IMG/VR virus record: IMGVR_UViG_3300028048_000089 | Span: 1-64,000 of that record | Reading direction: 5' to 3' (one strand) | Length of the DNA stretch: 64,000 bases | Source: a virus | Taxonomy: Duplodnaviria > Caudoviricetes | In this document: positions 28,054 to 38,176 of the stretch, piece after piece | Position numbering within the stretch: the stretch's first letter is position 1 | How the letters are laid out: each line of letters begins with the position of its first letter | Position numbers and translations under genes: made by a program | The notes under the pieces: model-generated | Databases searched by the model: none | The model's input: only the letters and a program-made list of their open reading frames with translations | Told to the model about the DNA's origin: nothing

Positions 28054-28464
28054 TTAATCATATAATACAAAAGTTACTTCTGGTAAATGAATATAATGAG
28101 TTGCTTCCCATGTTAATGATTCTTTTATAGATTCAACATAAACTTTAGAATCAATAATGTATTCACAACCTCCAATACCAACTTTTTTATTTACTTTTTT
28201 ACCATCTTTTAAATAAGTAAAATATAGATAATCTCTTGATATGCCAAAATATTTACCTTCTTCTAGTTCAACAATATTATTATAAGTATTATGATAATTG
28301 TCATAACCAACACAAGAGAAACCAATTGAACCAACTATGAATACTACCGTGAATAAAAAAATTGAAAAATTCTCTTTAATCTCATTATTGACTACAACTA
28401 AAACACAACCAAATATTCCAAGTGCTGTTAAAACATATATAATAATTAATATAGCTAGTGTCAT
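28054..28464 (-). CDS. Membrane protein
   Basis: Two N-terminal TM helices. Confidence 0.6.
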   Translation of the reverse strand: MTLAILIIIYVLTALGIFGCVLVVVNNEIKENFSIFLFTVVFIVGSIGFSCVGYDNYHNTYNNIVELEEGKYFGISRDYLYFTYLKDGKKVNKKVGIGGCEYIIDSKVYVESIKESLTWEATHYIHLPEVTFVLYD

Positions 28465-28802
28465 TGTAAATTATCTCCTGAATGCTCTTTTTTCCATCTC
28501 TCAAGCATTTCATCAGCTTCTAAATTTGAATGAGCATAATCATAGTGACCATCAGGGAATTGAACTTCTTTCATAACATATTCATCACAATCAACAAATT
28601 TGAAACTACCAAGTTCATCACCAAAATTCCAAAGTTGTCTAACCCATTCTACAACAATTGCTCCACAATCTTCATGATAAACATGCATATCAACTCTATA
28701 CTCTTTAGATTCAAAATTATCTAATAAAAATTGAATAAACTTAATATGTAAACCGGCTTCAACATCTTTAATGCTAAAGTATTGTCTATTATAATCTCCC
28801 AT
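28461..28802 (-). CDS. Hypothetical protein
   Basis: 113 aa ORF. Confidence 0.6.
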   Translation of the reverse strand: MGDYNRQYFSIKDVEAGLHIKFIQFLLDNFESKEYRVDMHVYHEDCGAIVVEWVRQLWNFGDELGSFKFVDCDEYVMKEVQFPDGHYDYAHSNLEADEMLERWKKEHSGDNLQ

Positions 28803-28806
28803 AATA

Positions 28807-29691
28807 TTACCTCAAAATAGTTGGATATTCTTTAGATGTAACATAATAAACTTTACAACTATTGCCGATATATTGCTTAAAGTCTTCTTTTGACATTTCA
28901 ATTCTATTGCTATCTAGAATCTTTGGGGATGTCCAATGGTCATGTGTTAAACCATCATCCCATCTCCACTCAGCGTCAAAATTATCATCAATTGGATATA
29001 GAGTTCTACCAATATATTTCTCAGTTCCGTCTTCAACTGTTTCTTTCATAAATGTAATTTTTTCTACATTTTCACGCCCTGTTGGATTATAATACTCTAA
29101 AACTACTTCTCTATAGTGGTCTTGTAAGTCTTTCTTATAATGTTGCCAATAATCTGAATACCAACCATGTTCTAAATGGTCATCTAACTCTTCATCAACA
29201 AAACTTTGACTAGAAATATAAACAATTTCTTTTCCGTCACTGTGATAACACATACTAACAAGATAAGGATAATATGGAAGTAAGTCTAATAAAGTATCAA
29301 AATGAATATCAATAGTTATCCAAATACCTTTTTTATTTAATTCTTTTAAAGTATATTCTTTACCCCAATAAGTATAAGTTAAATAAGTTTCTTCTCTTTG
29401 ACCATTTTTTAATCTTTTATCTGGAACAATTCTAGTATGTTCTTGATAATCAAAATCTTTACAAAGTTTTTTAACTTCTTCATGATTCCAGAGTGTTAAG
29501 GTAATCTTTTTATGTTGATGCATAACACCACCAGTTGCTTTCTTAAATGCTAAGAAATCTAACCATTCATCAGAATATAAGACATGAACATTTTCATCTC
29601 CAAAGTTAACTGGATTACCATCTTTATCAAACCAGCCACCCATACCACCAATGTGGTCGCACAAATCGCATTTGCCACTGAAAACAGACAT
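28807..29691 (-). CDS. Hypothetical protein with N-terminal CxxCxH
   Basis: 294 aa; MSVFSGKCDLCDH. Confidence 0.65.
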   Translation of the reverse strand: MSVFSGKCDLCDHIGGMGGWFDKDGNPVNFGDENVHVLYSDEWLDFLAFKKATGGVMHQHKKITLTLWNHEEVKKLCKDFDYQEHTRIVPDKRLKNGQREETYLTYTYWGKEYTLKELNKKGIWITIDIHFDTLLDLLPYYPYLVSMCYHSDGKEIVYISSQSFVDEELDDHLEHGWYSDYWQHYKKDLQDHYREVVLEYYNPTGRENVEKITFMKETVEDGTEKYIGRTLYPIDDNFDAEWRWDDGLTHDHWTSPKILDSNRIEMSKEDFKQYIGNSCKVYYVTSKEYPTILR

Positions 29692-29692
29692 A

Positions 29693-29782
29693 CTATCTAA
29701 CCACCTCTCTTAATAAATATAAAGAAAGAATGAGATTAGTTAAACCTAAAATCATTCCTAAACATGCAATAAAATCAATCAT
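29693..29782 (-). CDS. 29-aa hydrophobic peptide (MIDFIACLGMILGLTNLILSLYLLREVVR)
   Basis: AAGGAG RBS, single TM. Confidence 0.5.
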   Translation of the reverse strand: MIDFIACLGMILGLTNLILSLYLLREVVR

Positions 29783-29865
29783 TTATTAATTCTCCTTTAA
29801 GCTTTTGGCTTCTAAAATGTTCTTTTGGAACTACTGAGAAATATTTTCTCTATTATATTATACAA

Positions 29866-29907
29866 TAAAAAAAATAAAAAGACCACCAAATTCTTTTTGG
29901 GGCCTTT
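29866..29907 (-). terminator. Intrinsic terminator ending the ncRNA
   Basis: AGGCCCCAAA-AAGAA-UUUGGUGGUCU followed by a U tract. Confidence 0.7.
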
Positions 29908-30610
29908 AAGAACTCACGTTGTCTCTACGCCTATTACTAGGAACCGCATTCCAGATTCTTTCTGGCTTTGGTATTATAATGGTCTTCTACATTATTTCTA
30001 ATGCTCCTGAATGCGGTAATTACCATTAAGCCCGGCTGGGAACTCCACTATTACAAGTCAGGCCCAATAATAGTTTCATCGTTCTTTAAATTTTGAGGGC
30101 TTTCTCATTCCCTCTTGCCCGAATGTCATTCATTTCCCTGGCAATTAACAACAGCGGTCTTGAATCATTGTCGTGCATAGCGGCTTAGTTCTCCTGGAGT
30201 TTGAAGAGTTTGCTTTCTCTTTATTTTTTAGTTTAGCGTATGAATTTTCACATTTTTGGTTAAATTCATATGCTATTCTGGGATACCGTACCGAAGTACG
30301 GGCATGCGGCTCTTCGCCTTTAGTAACTTTATTTAAGGTTTGCTACCTTAGTAGCATTTCCAAGAAACATCATTCCCTACCCTTAGATAGAGCGACAAAC
30401 TTTCTTGTACCTAACTAACTTTTTAAGACTAAGAGCCCTTTAAGAAGAGACCTATTGCTAGGCTGCTATATCTTACTTGTAAAAGATAGTGAGCATTTAA
30501 CCTTAGATTCGCATCTAGTTTTTCTACCCTTAAAAGGTTCTTAGTCATATGACTGACCCATATATCAAAGTCCATTTGGGCCTATATTAGATATATGCTT
30601 AACAGCCTGT
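29870..30610 (-). ncRNA. Large structured ncRNA of ~740 nt (GOLLD/ROOL-like size; family unassigned)
   Basis: No credible ORF; GC above the flanks; many stems with GNRA and UUCG loops; promoter motif upstream and terminator downstream. Confidence 0.75.
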
Positions 30611-30823
30611 CTAATCATTTAATTTAGCATATTTCTTTGATAAATGTTTTGCAAATAAATCATAAAAATACCATTTATTCTGATTTACAAAATCATAACA
30701 CTCATTAAAGTCTGCTTCTTCCATATTGTCTGGGCTTACATATTTATCTCTGCACTTGTTCTTTTCAGTAGATAAGCAATCAAATGTAAGTTTAATATAA
30801 TCATCTAAAGTCCACTTTTTCAT
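30611..30823 (-). CDS. Hypothetical protein
   Basis: 70 aa ORF. Confidence 0.55.
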   Translation of the reverse strand: MKKWTLDDYIKLTFDCLSTEKNKCRDKYVSPDNMEEADFNECYDFVNQNKWYFYDLFAKHLSKKYAKLND

Positions 30824-31005
30824 TATTCAAAGTCCTTATTTAAAACTGTAAGATTTACTGAGCAAAAATATCTTTTGTCTGATTGCTTACTTGCTAATTT
30901 AATTGCATCATCTGGATTAGTTGCTTCTACCTTGAATAAATCAAAATCTTTTGGGGCAGGTAATTTATCAAATGTATCAGTTCCTAAAATATAAAAAGTT
31001 TTCAT
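30823..31005 (-). CDS. Hypothetical protein
   Basis: 60 aa ORF. Confidence 0.55.
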   Translation of the reverse strand: MKTFYILGTDTFDKLPAPKDFDLFKVEATNPDDAIKLASKQSDKRYFCSVNLTVLNKDFE

Positions 31006-31020
31006 TATTCAAATCCTCTA

Positions 31021-31197
31021 TTATTTAGCAATATATAATCTAAACAGTAATTCGTATTCTTCTGCTGTTAATGGACAATTTCCTGCTTCTGAATCTAAAT
31101 GAGCATTGTAGTCATTAACATCATTTGAATTATGTAATAAACAAAAATCAGGTAATGATATTCTAATAATTTCTCTTGCTCTTTCTAACGCTGTCAT
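31021..31197 (-). CDS. 58-aa protein (MTALERAREIIR...LTAEEYELL), related to 31869-32186
   Basis: GGAG RBS; shared EIIR...LTxxEYxLL. Confidence 0.55.
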   Translation of the reverse strand: MTALERAREIIRISLPDFCLLHNSNDVNDYNAHLDSEAGNCPLTAEEYELLFRLYIAK

Positions 31198-31199
31198 AA

Positions 31200-31502
31200 C
31201 TAATCTCCAAGCATTTTAATAATTACCATTTCAGTAATTACTTTATTTAATTTTCTTTTGCAATCTTCACAATAAGAAATAATTTGTTCTTTTGTATTTG
31301 GTCTTTCAGTTCCCCAATATTTTTCAAAAGTTAATTTACCACCAAAGATAAAATAGACTTTTACACAAATTGGGTCACTATTTGCCTCAATACCTACAAT
31401 AAATGGATATTGGTCCATTAATTCTTCCCACCATAATTTTTCATTTTCAACTTTATTTTCTGGTTCATTAATCATAATATAATTCAAGTTCTCCTTTGTC
31501 AT
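31200..31502 (-). CDS. Hypothetical protein
   Basis: ORF; true start may be downstream. Confidence 0.5.
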   Translation of the reverse strand: MTKENLNYIMINEPENKVENEKLWWEELMDQYPFIVGIEANSDPICVKVYFIFGGKLTFEKYWGTERPNTKEQIISYCEDCKRKLNKVITEMVIIKMLGD

Positions 31503-31800
31503 TCATTTTTGCTACATAGATAAGTCCTTTATCAGTCCAAATTGCACCATAGATGGTTAAATGTTTCAAATTGCAACTTGATGTAATAGTTTCTAAATTG
31601 TGAAATGTCATTTTATTTTCAAGACAAACGAACTCATCACATAATTCTTCAATAGAGTCTGCTTGTTTGATAATTACCTCACCGATATTATCTCTTAGTT
31701 TTTGTAAAATTTCTTTTTCGTGCTTGTTTTTAGGTTCAGGAATATCATTTTCATATATTCTTTCTCCACTAATTTTATCTTTCGTTCTAATGTATTTCAT
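31468..31800 (-). CDS. Hypothetical phage protein (MKYIRTKD... type)
   Basis: 110 aa ORF. Confidence 0.6.
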   Translation of the reverse strand: MKYIRTKDKISGERIYENDIPEPKNKHEKEILQKLRDNIGEVIIKQADSIEELCDEFVCLENKMTFHNLETITSSCNLKHLTIYGAIWTDKGLIYVAKMNDKGELELYYD

Positions 31801-31876
31801 AGTAATACCTCTTTTAAAAAAGTCTAGTTCTTCTTTTGTTAAAGAATTTTTCTAATGCCTCTAAACCTTTAATCAT
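31797..31876 (-). pseudogene. Internally deleted gene remnant
   Basis: MIKGLEALEK start joined out of frame to an LTKEELDFLKEVLL-stop end. Confidence 0.55.
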
Positions 31877-32186
31877 AAATACTAGCCTCTTCATCTAAAT
31901 CTCTAATACCAATAGCATCTACTAATAAATCATATTCATCTTCAGTTAATTGACAATAATCAACAATGCCTTCATTATAGTATTCTACAGGAGATGAATA
32001 ACCATCTTCTTTCCAATTATGTTCCGCTCTATTTAAGCTATTAAAATCAACTAACTTTGCTCTAATAATTTCAACTACTTTTGTACATTGAAAAATCTGA
32101 GTGATAACATTAGTATCAATATGATGGCTACCATTACTATTAGCAACTTGTTGAATCTCATCAATTAACTTATAAAATATGTTCAT
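31869..32186 (-). CDS. Hypothetical protein
   Basis: 105 aa ORF. Confidence 0.6.
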   Translation of the reverse strand: MNIFYKLIDEIQQVANSNGSHHIDTNVITQIFQCTKVVEIIRAKLVDFNSLNRAEHNWKEDGYSSPVEYYNEGIVDYCQLTEDEYDLLVDAIGIRDLDEEASIYD

Positions 32187-32216
32187 AACTTAAACCTCTC
32201 TTATATTATACAATTT

Positions 32217-32975
32217 TTATAATCTCTTGTCTATTGTACATCTATGGATATCTTTTGTATCTTTTAATAACCCTTTATCCATTAATTTAATTAAATTAAC
32301 TGGTTCATAATCAATTACTTCTGCACAACAATTTAAATGTTGAGAATCACCTTTATAATGTTTATTATGAACATGACCATGAATATTAAACATAATACCG
32401 TCAGGGACCGATATTGGCTCATGTGATAAAATAACTCTATCATTAATCATTAAAGGACCTTCATATACTTCATCAAAGAGGCCATTAGTAATTACTTTAT
32501 CATAAAGATTTCCTACAGGGGTTGGGTCCACAACTTGATAACCATGTTCTTCAGGTATAAAATCTTTTGGAAACTCATCAATAAATCTAGTATCATGATA
32601 AATCTCTTTTTTATAATTAGAAGCACCTTTATCATGATTACCCATAATAAGAACTTTATATCCTGCTTTTAATTTTTTAACACATTCAATATTACCAACA
32701 TCACCAAGAATAATTAAAGTATCATTTTTACCAACTTTAGAATTAATATTTTTAATTTGTAATTCATCTGTAGTTTTAACTACACTTTGTAAAAATTGCT
32801 TATATGTATAATTAGTAATTTTAGTCTCATTAAATTGTTCTTCAGTAATACAAGAAAATACACCTCTTAATTTATAAGAATCTAAATCTGAAAAATGTGG
32901 GTCTGAATAAACCCAAACAGTTCCATTCTTTTTTAACCATCTTTTTGCTATTTCATCATATAAATGCTTTTTCAT
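32217..32975 (-). CDS. Calcineurin-like metallophosphoesterase
   Basis: SDPHF, LGDV, GNHD, SHEP, HGHVH. Confidence 0.88.
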   Translation of the reverse strand: MKKHLYDEIAKRWLKKNGTVWVYSDPHFSDLDSYKLRGVFSCITEEQFNETKITNYTYKQFLQSVVKTTDELQIKNINSKVGKNDTLIILGDVGNIECVKKLKAGYKVLIMGNHDKGASNYKKEIYHDTRFIDEFPKDFIPEEHGYQVVDPTPVGNLYDKVITNGLFDEVYEGPLMINDRVILSHEPISVPDGIMFNIHGHVHNKHYKGDSQHLNCCAEVIDYEPVNLIKLMDKGLLKDTKDIHRCTIDKRL

Positions 32976-33574
32976 AATTTAAATTCCTTTACAATAGTAC
33001 CTACTGGAACATATAATTTGAAATAAGGGCTATATGAACCAGATTCTTTTATATGATATAGACTTGGTGTTATACTATCATCTTCATCAATAACTGTATC
33101 TTCACTTCTCACTTTATCTAAACGATAACCCTGTGAAGTCTCCTTATAAAAATAATAGTAGTTTACATCTTTAAGAGTACCAGAACCTAGGACGAAATTT
33201 CCTTGAATCTCTGAATTCATTTTTAAAGATACAATTTCAGTAACAAAATTATTATAAGATTGTCTTTTATATCTTCTTAAAAAATGAGTTCCACCAGTAA
33301 TAAGAGTTGCATTAATTAAACAAGATACTAAGAAACAACTAAGGAATTTAAGTACATACTTCCATTTACTTTTTTGTAGTTTCTTTAATTCATTTCTATT
33401 CTCTTCTTCATCATCATGAAAAAAATCATGTTTTATCTTATATTTAGATTCTCTTATATCCCAGTTATAACTCTCTAAACTCTCTGAGAGAGAAATTAAA
33501 GACAATACTATTCCGACTATACTTATAATACTTATTAATACTATAATAAGAATTCCCACAATATGATTAATCAT
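32972..33574 (-). CDS. Membrane protein
   Basis: Two TM segments; GNFVLGSG...YYYFY. Confidence 0.6.
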   Translation of the reverse strand: MINHIVGILIIVLISIISIVGIVLSLISLSESLESYNWDIRESKYKIKHDFFHDDEEENRNELKKLQKSKWKYVLKFLSCFLVSCLINATLITGGTHFLRRYKRQSYNNFVTEIVSLKMNSEIQGNFVLGSGTLKDVNYYYFYKETSQGYRLDKVRSEDTVIDEDDSITPSLYHIKESGSYSPYFKLYVPVGTIVKEFKL

Positions 33575-33756
33575 ACTTTGCTCCTTTTACTTAAACTCAT
33601 AACTAAATACCTTTTAAGTTCATCTGTAATATCTTCACATTGATAACCATCTTCATTATCGTATACTTTTTCTTGGATAAAAATCTTAACATCTTCTCCA
33701 GAACTTCTACCTAACAATAATAATCGTAAAACATATTCTTCTAAATCACTCATCAT
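33571..33756 (-). CDS. Hypothetical protein
   Basis: 61 aa ORF. Confidence 0.5.
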   Translation of the reverse strand: MMSDLEEYVLRLLLLGRSSGEDVKIFIQEKVYDNEDGYQCEDITDELKRYLVMSLSKRSKV

Positions 33757-33774
33757 ATTGCCTCCAATTAAATT

Positions 33775-34107
33775 TTAAAAACAGTAAATATACTTTGGTG
33801 ACTTCTTTGCTTTGAGTTCTTCAAATGCTTCATGGATTCTTTCCGCTTCTGCAATAAGATATTCTCTATCTAAATCTGCAACTTTACATTTTTCTTTGAA
33901 ATCTTTTAAGTCAGTAAATTCAGGAAGTTTTGAAGCAACAACGAAGTTAATTGTTTGACCCTTGCCGTGAGAATCTTTTTCAACTTTACAAATTAATGTA
34001 TTATATATATGTTTTTTAATATAAACATTTGTTCCTTGATATTTAATTTGGATTTGAACTTTATAACCTCTTGCTTTTAATATTTGTCTATAGTTAGTTG
34101 CTTTCAT
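33775..34107 (-). CDS. Hypothetical protein
   Basis: 110 aa ORF. Confidence 0.55.
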   Translation of the reverse strand: MKATNYRQILKARGYKVQIQIKYQGTNVYIKKHIYNTLICKVEKDSHGKGQTINFVVASKLPEFTDLKDFKEKCKVADLDREYLIAEAERIHEAFEELKAKKSPKYIYCF

Positions 34108-34112
34108 ACCAT

Positions 34113-35018
34113 TTAATCCTCAAATCTTTCTTCTTTAACTAACGGATGTTTTTCATCATAATCAGGACTATTCCAATCAATGTATCCATGTTTATCTTGT
34201 GGGTAGTAATAAGTCTTTCTATAAACAACTTTACCATCATCATTAATATGCTCAAATACTAGATTGTCAACATCAAATCTACCATTGCAAGTACATTTGT
34301 ATGTAAGACCGTCAAGATTATCCCACCATTCTAAATAGACATTGTAGATGTCAAAGTCATGGTCTCTTAAGTATTGAAAGAATTTTTCAAGTCCTGCTTC
34401 TAATTGAGGGGCAATGCACCATCTTAAACTTTCAACAATACCAATAACCATAGAATTAATATTGTTAACATTACATGCTTTATCTAACTTTTGATATTTT
34501 ACTAAGCTATCAAATGTCCAGCCATGCCAATAACCATCATATTTATAAAGTTTATTAATAGCATCTTTATAATATTTAGATAAACATGGTTCATTAAACT
34601 CAGAAGAACAAAAAGTACTAGAGGATGAATCATATCTATCTTGCTTAACAGCATATCTAAACCCACATTCACCTTGTTCTAATAATTTAAATGCTTCATC
34701 TAAATATTTTCTTGCTTTTGGTAAAGAATAAACATCTGCTTCTTCAACATGTAAAACATATTCATTATCATCACTCTTATCTTTCTTTTTAGGTGTTTTA
34801 TATCTATTAAGCATTATAGGGGTGCTAATCTTAAATTGTTCTTCTGGATAAGGGAGATATAGATGCTTACGCCATTCCTTCATCCATTTTCTATAAGTCT
34901 CTTTTTCTTCTTCAGATAGATTACTTCTCCAAGGAAAAGGTTCTGGTACTTTGTAATTATTTTCATATGGGGAACAACTAAGTTCCATACAACCTCTAAT
35001 ATATGTCCAATCACTCAT
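34113..35018 (-). CDS. Hypothetical protein
   Basis: 301 aa ORF. Confidence 0.65.
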   Translation of the reverse strand: MSDWTYIRGCMELSCSPYENNYKVPEPFPWRSNLSEEEKETYRKWMKEWRKHLYLPYPEEQFKISTPIMLNRYKTPKKKDKSDDNEYVLHVEEADVYSLPKARKYLDEAFKLLEQGECGFRYAVKQDRYDSSSSTFCSSEFNEPCLSKYYKDAINKLYKYDGYWHGWTFDSLVKYQKLDKACNVNNINSMVIGIVESLRWCIAPQLEAGLEKFFQYLRDHDFDIYNVYLEWWDNLDGLTYKCTCNGRFDVDNLVFEHINDDGKVVYRKTYYYPQDKHGYIDWNSPDYDEKHPLVKEERFED

Positions 35019-35039
35019 AATGTTATACCTCTCTATATA

Positions 35040-35846
35040 CTATGTGTTCAAATCGTAGCTGCAATCAAAATAGTCATACTCATATTCATTATTACGATAC
35101 AAATATTTTAAATTATCTATATATGCTGTTGCATCTTCCTGAATCTTCTTTGATGCTTCATCATTTGTTGGATAACTTAGATTAAAAAATTCACTTTTTA
35201 AATATTCAATATCATCATCAATACGCTTAAAGACTGATGCAAAGTCTTGTAAATTTGTATCAATTTGATTTTCTGATGATATTGTAAAACTAAATTGTTC
35301 AGTATCCAAATTAACAGTTATAACAACTTTAAATATTGTTTCAGTATTTGTTGTATAATCTTTATAAAAACTTAATTCATTTTTTAAATCTCTAAAGAAA
35401 TTATAACATGTAAAATCTCTAGAAAATAATAAATCTTTAATTTTATCTTCATATAGATTATCTTTAATTATTTTAGTATAAACTTCTAAATATTGTTTAA
35501 TTATTTGACTTGCTACTTCTTTATTAGCAATAAAATTATAGCGTAAGCCTGTTTCTCTTGCTAAGAATCTTAAGTAATTATTTTGTTTTTGTGTTGCTGT
35601 AATTTTATAGTCTTTTGGAAACTTCCAAGCATCTATACTACTTAATTTATAGTCAACTGCTCTACTACCATCACCGCTAATTTTACAGTCTTTACACCTA
35701 CACACACCCCAAGTATTATCAAAACCATGATACTCATCATAGTCATCTAAACACGAAGGGCCATCATCATGATAAGTTATTTTTAAAAGTTTACCGCAAT
35801 TAGGACAAATAGCTGTTTTATAATCTAAATCTGTATAATCTATCAT
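35040..35846 (-). CDS. Hypothetical protein with N-terminal zinc ribbon
   Basis: CPNC...CKDC. Confidence 0.65.
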   Translation of the reverse strand: MIDYTDLDYKTAICPNCGKLLKITYHDDGPSCLDDYDEYHGFDNTWGVCRCKDCKISGDGSRAVDYKLSSIDAWKFPKDYKITATQKQNNYLRFLARETGLRYNFIANKEVASQIIKQYLEVYTKIIKDNLYEDKIKDLLFSRDFTCYNFFRDLKNELSFYKDYTTNTETIFKVVITVNLDTEQFSFTISSENQIDTNLQDFASVFKRIDDDIEYLKSEFFNLSYPTNDEASKKIQEDATAYIDNLKYLYRNNEYEYDYFDCSYDLNT

Positions 35847-35881
35847 TACTTTTATACCCTCCTTATAACTATTCTATGTAT

Positions 35882-35910
35882 ATTATAAAAATTAATCATT
35901 TAAATGTCAA
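35882..35910 (-). promoter_or_regulatory. Consensus sigma-A promoter TTGACA-N17-TATAAT
   Basis: -35 at 35905-35910, -10 at 35882-35887; drives the accessory block. Confidence 0.85.
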
Positions 35911-36890
35911 CAATTATTTTGCAATAACCACTCATCACTGGATACAATAGGTAGTTTATTAAATTCTTCTTCAGTTAAATCATTAACATCTTTGCCTCTA
36001 GGAATTAAAATAATATCAACAAATACATCTTTTCTAATATTTGTAAGAAATCTTTTAATACCTCTATCTCCAGCAGCATCTCCATCAAATGCTAAATAAT
36101 AATGCAGTATATTACTTGCATTAAGAATATCATATTGATGTTGTGTGCCTGTTCCAAGCATTGCAATCGCAGGGATATTCCAAGACCAAAGAGATAAACA
36201 ATTAAATTGAGATTCTACAATAGTTACTTCTTTTAGATTATTTCTTTTTATCACATTATATAAATAAATTGGTTTTTCTTTATCAGTGTCAATAATGAAC
36301 TTTTTATTTTTGACACTTCTCTTTGTAAGCATATATAATTTATCATTTTCATCCCACACAGGAAAAACAATGCAAGAAGTATTTGTGTCATACCTAAGTT
36401 TAAACTTTTCACAAACTTGTCTTGAGATATGTCTTGAATCTAAATAAGGATGCCACTTTTGAAAAGTATCTAGAATTGATTCATCTAGATACGCTTTTTT
36501 CTCTTCTTGATTAAATGAGAAGTCATACAAATCATCATTTCTAACTTCGGTAACAATATCACCAAAGTTATCAACTAACCATTTCTCCCCATATGCTTCA
36601 TCTTTATCAAAACACTCACCTATAAACTTAGATAATCTACCGCTAAACCCACAAGCAAAGCAATGAAAATAACCATACTCTAAGTCACTATGTTTAGATG
36701 CATTAATATAACAATCAGGGTTCTTTTCCCTGCCTTCATCATGATGTGGACAGGTTACTTTAACTTCATCACCTTTAGATTTAAAATAACTAAGCTTACC
36801 ATTTGTTAATTGGTTTTTAACTTTAGTAAGTATCTCTTCAATAGAAGCACTAATAACATGATTATTGATTACTAATTCCATTAGAAACAA
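35907..36890 (-). CDS. dnaG: DnaG-type primase
   Basis: CPHH...HCFAC zinc finger; TOPRIM IVES and FDGDAAG; KDVND. Confidence 0.9.
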   Translation of the reverse strand: MFLMELVINNHVISASIEEILTKVKNQLTNGKLSYFKSKGDEVKVTCPHHDEGREKNPDCYINASKHSDLEYGYFHCFACGFSGRLSKFIGECFDKDEAYGEKWLVDNFGDIVTEVRNDDLYDFSFNQEEKKAYLDESILDTFQKWHPYLDSRHISRQVCEKFKLRYDTNTSCIVFPVWDENDKLYMLTKRSVKNKKFIIDTDKEKPIYLYNVIKRNNLKEVTIVESQFNCLSLWSWNIPAIAMLGTGTQHQYDILNASNILHYYLAFDGDAAGDRGIKRFLTNIRKDVFVDIILIPRGKDVNDLTEEEFNKLPIVSSDEWLLQNNC

Positions 36891-38173
36891 TCCTCATCAG
36901 TAGTAAATTCTTTAGCATATGAGACTTCTTCAAATCTATCTTCAACATTTACAGGCTTTCCGCCAATACCATCTTTAGCATCTGGTATATAAGTGAATTT
37001 ACCTAAGTTTAAATCAATATGATATGTTAATACTTTACCATTTTCACTATCTCTAGATTTAACTAAATGAAGTTTCATAATATCATCTTTCTTCTCTAAA
37101 AAGATAATCATTGTACTATCTTGACCAATTCTATCAGATTGTGCAATTTGAGTAGTATCAACACCGTTCTCACTTGCAGTTCTATTTTGTTGACAAACAC
37201 TAATAATAGGAATTCTCTTCATCACCTGTAGATTCTTCAAGTCTTTAGAAATATTACTCATCTTTTCAACAGGAGTTTTACCTTTTCGTTGGTCTTCTAA
37301 TAAAGATAATTGGTCAACATATAAAACATCTAAATTCTCTTTTTCAATAAATAATCTCAATGCATTTACATCTGCAGGACCATTAATCATATTTGGAGTT
37401 AAAACTTTTAAAGACCCATTAAACTTTTCAGGTAATGAATCTATATATTTTTTATATTCATTTTGAATTGCAACATTACCATGTGTCAACCCACCATTTG
37501 AAATATTTCCAATAAGAGTATCAATACGATAACCAACTTTTCTTTCACTCATTTCACCTGAATAAATGCCAACATTTAAACCTTGTTTACAAGAAGCCAC
37601 AGCACACTTTAAAAGAATCCATGACTTACCATAATTAGTTCTAGCTACAATCGTTGCTAATTCTTCTTCTCTATCAAAACCACCAACAATTTGGTCTAAT
37701 TCAGGAAAACCTGTAGAAATATAGTATTTACCAAATTCTTGAGTTCTTTCTACATAAGCATCATATCTACTTCTATCTTTTAATAAATCTACACAATGTA
37801 ATGTAATACCTTGTGACATGTTCTCAACTGTATCTTTAATTTGCTTAACAGCATCATCAACTTTACCTTCAATTAAAGATGGTTTAATTTTATTGACAAC
37901 TTCAACAATCTTTCTTGTATTGTAATCATCAAATAAAGATTTAATTAAAAATTCAGGTGATTCAGTAACATTAAGTCTTTCAATATGAAAAATTGAAAAG
38001 AAAGTTTCAACATCAGGTATTTTACCATATTGTTCTAAGTGGTCTTTAATAAATCTAAATTCTTTTTTAAAATCACTAAAATATTCCTCAGTTAAGTTAT
38101 TAAGTGCAATTAAAGAACTATCTTTAGTTGTTAAAAGATAGTTTATAACTTGTAATTGTGGAATTTGTGTCAT
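36881..38173 (-). CDS. dnaB: DnaB-like replicative helicase
   Basis: TGFPELD, ARTNYGKS, SGEM, YVDQL, QQNR, KSR. Confidence 0.92.
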   Translation of the reverse strand: MTQIPQLQVINYLLTTKDSSLIALNNLTEEYFSDFKKEFRFIKDHLEQYGKIPDVETFFSIFHIERLNVTESPEFLIKSLFDDYNTRKIVEVVNKIKPSLIEGKVDDAVKQIKDTVENMSQGITLHCVDLLKDRSRYDAYVERTQEFGKYYISTGFPELDQIVGGFDREEELATIVARTNYGKSWILLKCAVASCKQGLNVGIYSGEMSERKVGYRIDTLIGNISNGGLTHGNVAIQNEYKKYIDSLPEKFNGSLKVLTPNMINGPADVNALRLFIEKENLDVLYVDQLSLLEDQRKGKTPVEKMSNISKDLKNLQVMKRIPIISVCQQNRTASENGVDTTQIAQSDRIGQDSTMIIFLEKKDDIMKLHLVKSRDSENGKVLTYHIDLNLGKFTYIPDAKDGIGGKPVNVEDRFEEVSYAKEFTTDEDCF

Positions 38174-38176
38174 ATT

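Noticed and set aside
30280-30315. Group II intron domain V look-alike (GAGCCGCAUG...GUACGG)
   Set aside because: A perfect CCGUAC-UUCG-GUACGG hairpin explains it better; it is mid-element, with no interrupted gene or reverse transcriptase
30173-30418. 81-aa plus-strand ORF
   Set aside because: Opposite strand to all genes, no RBS, and lies within the structured RNA
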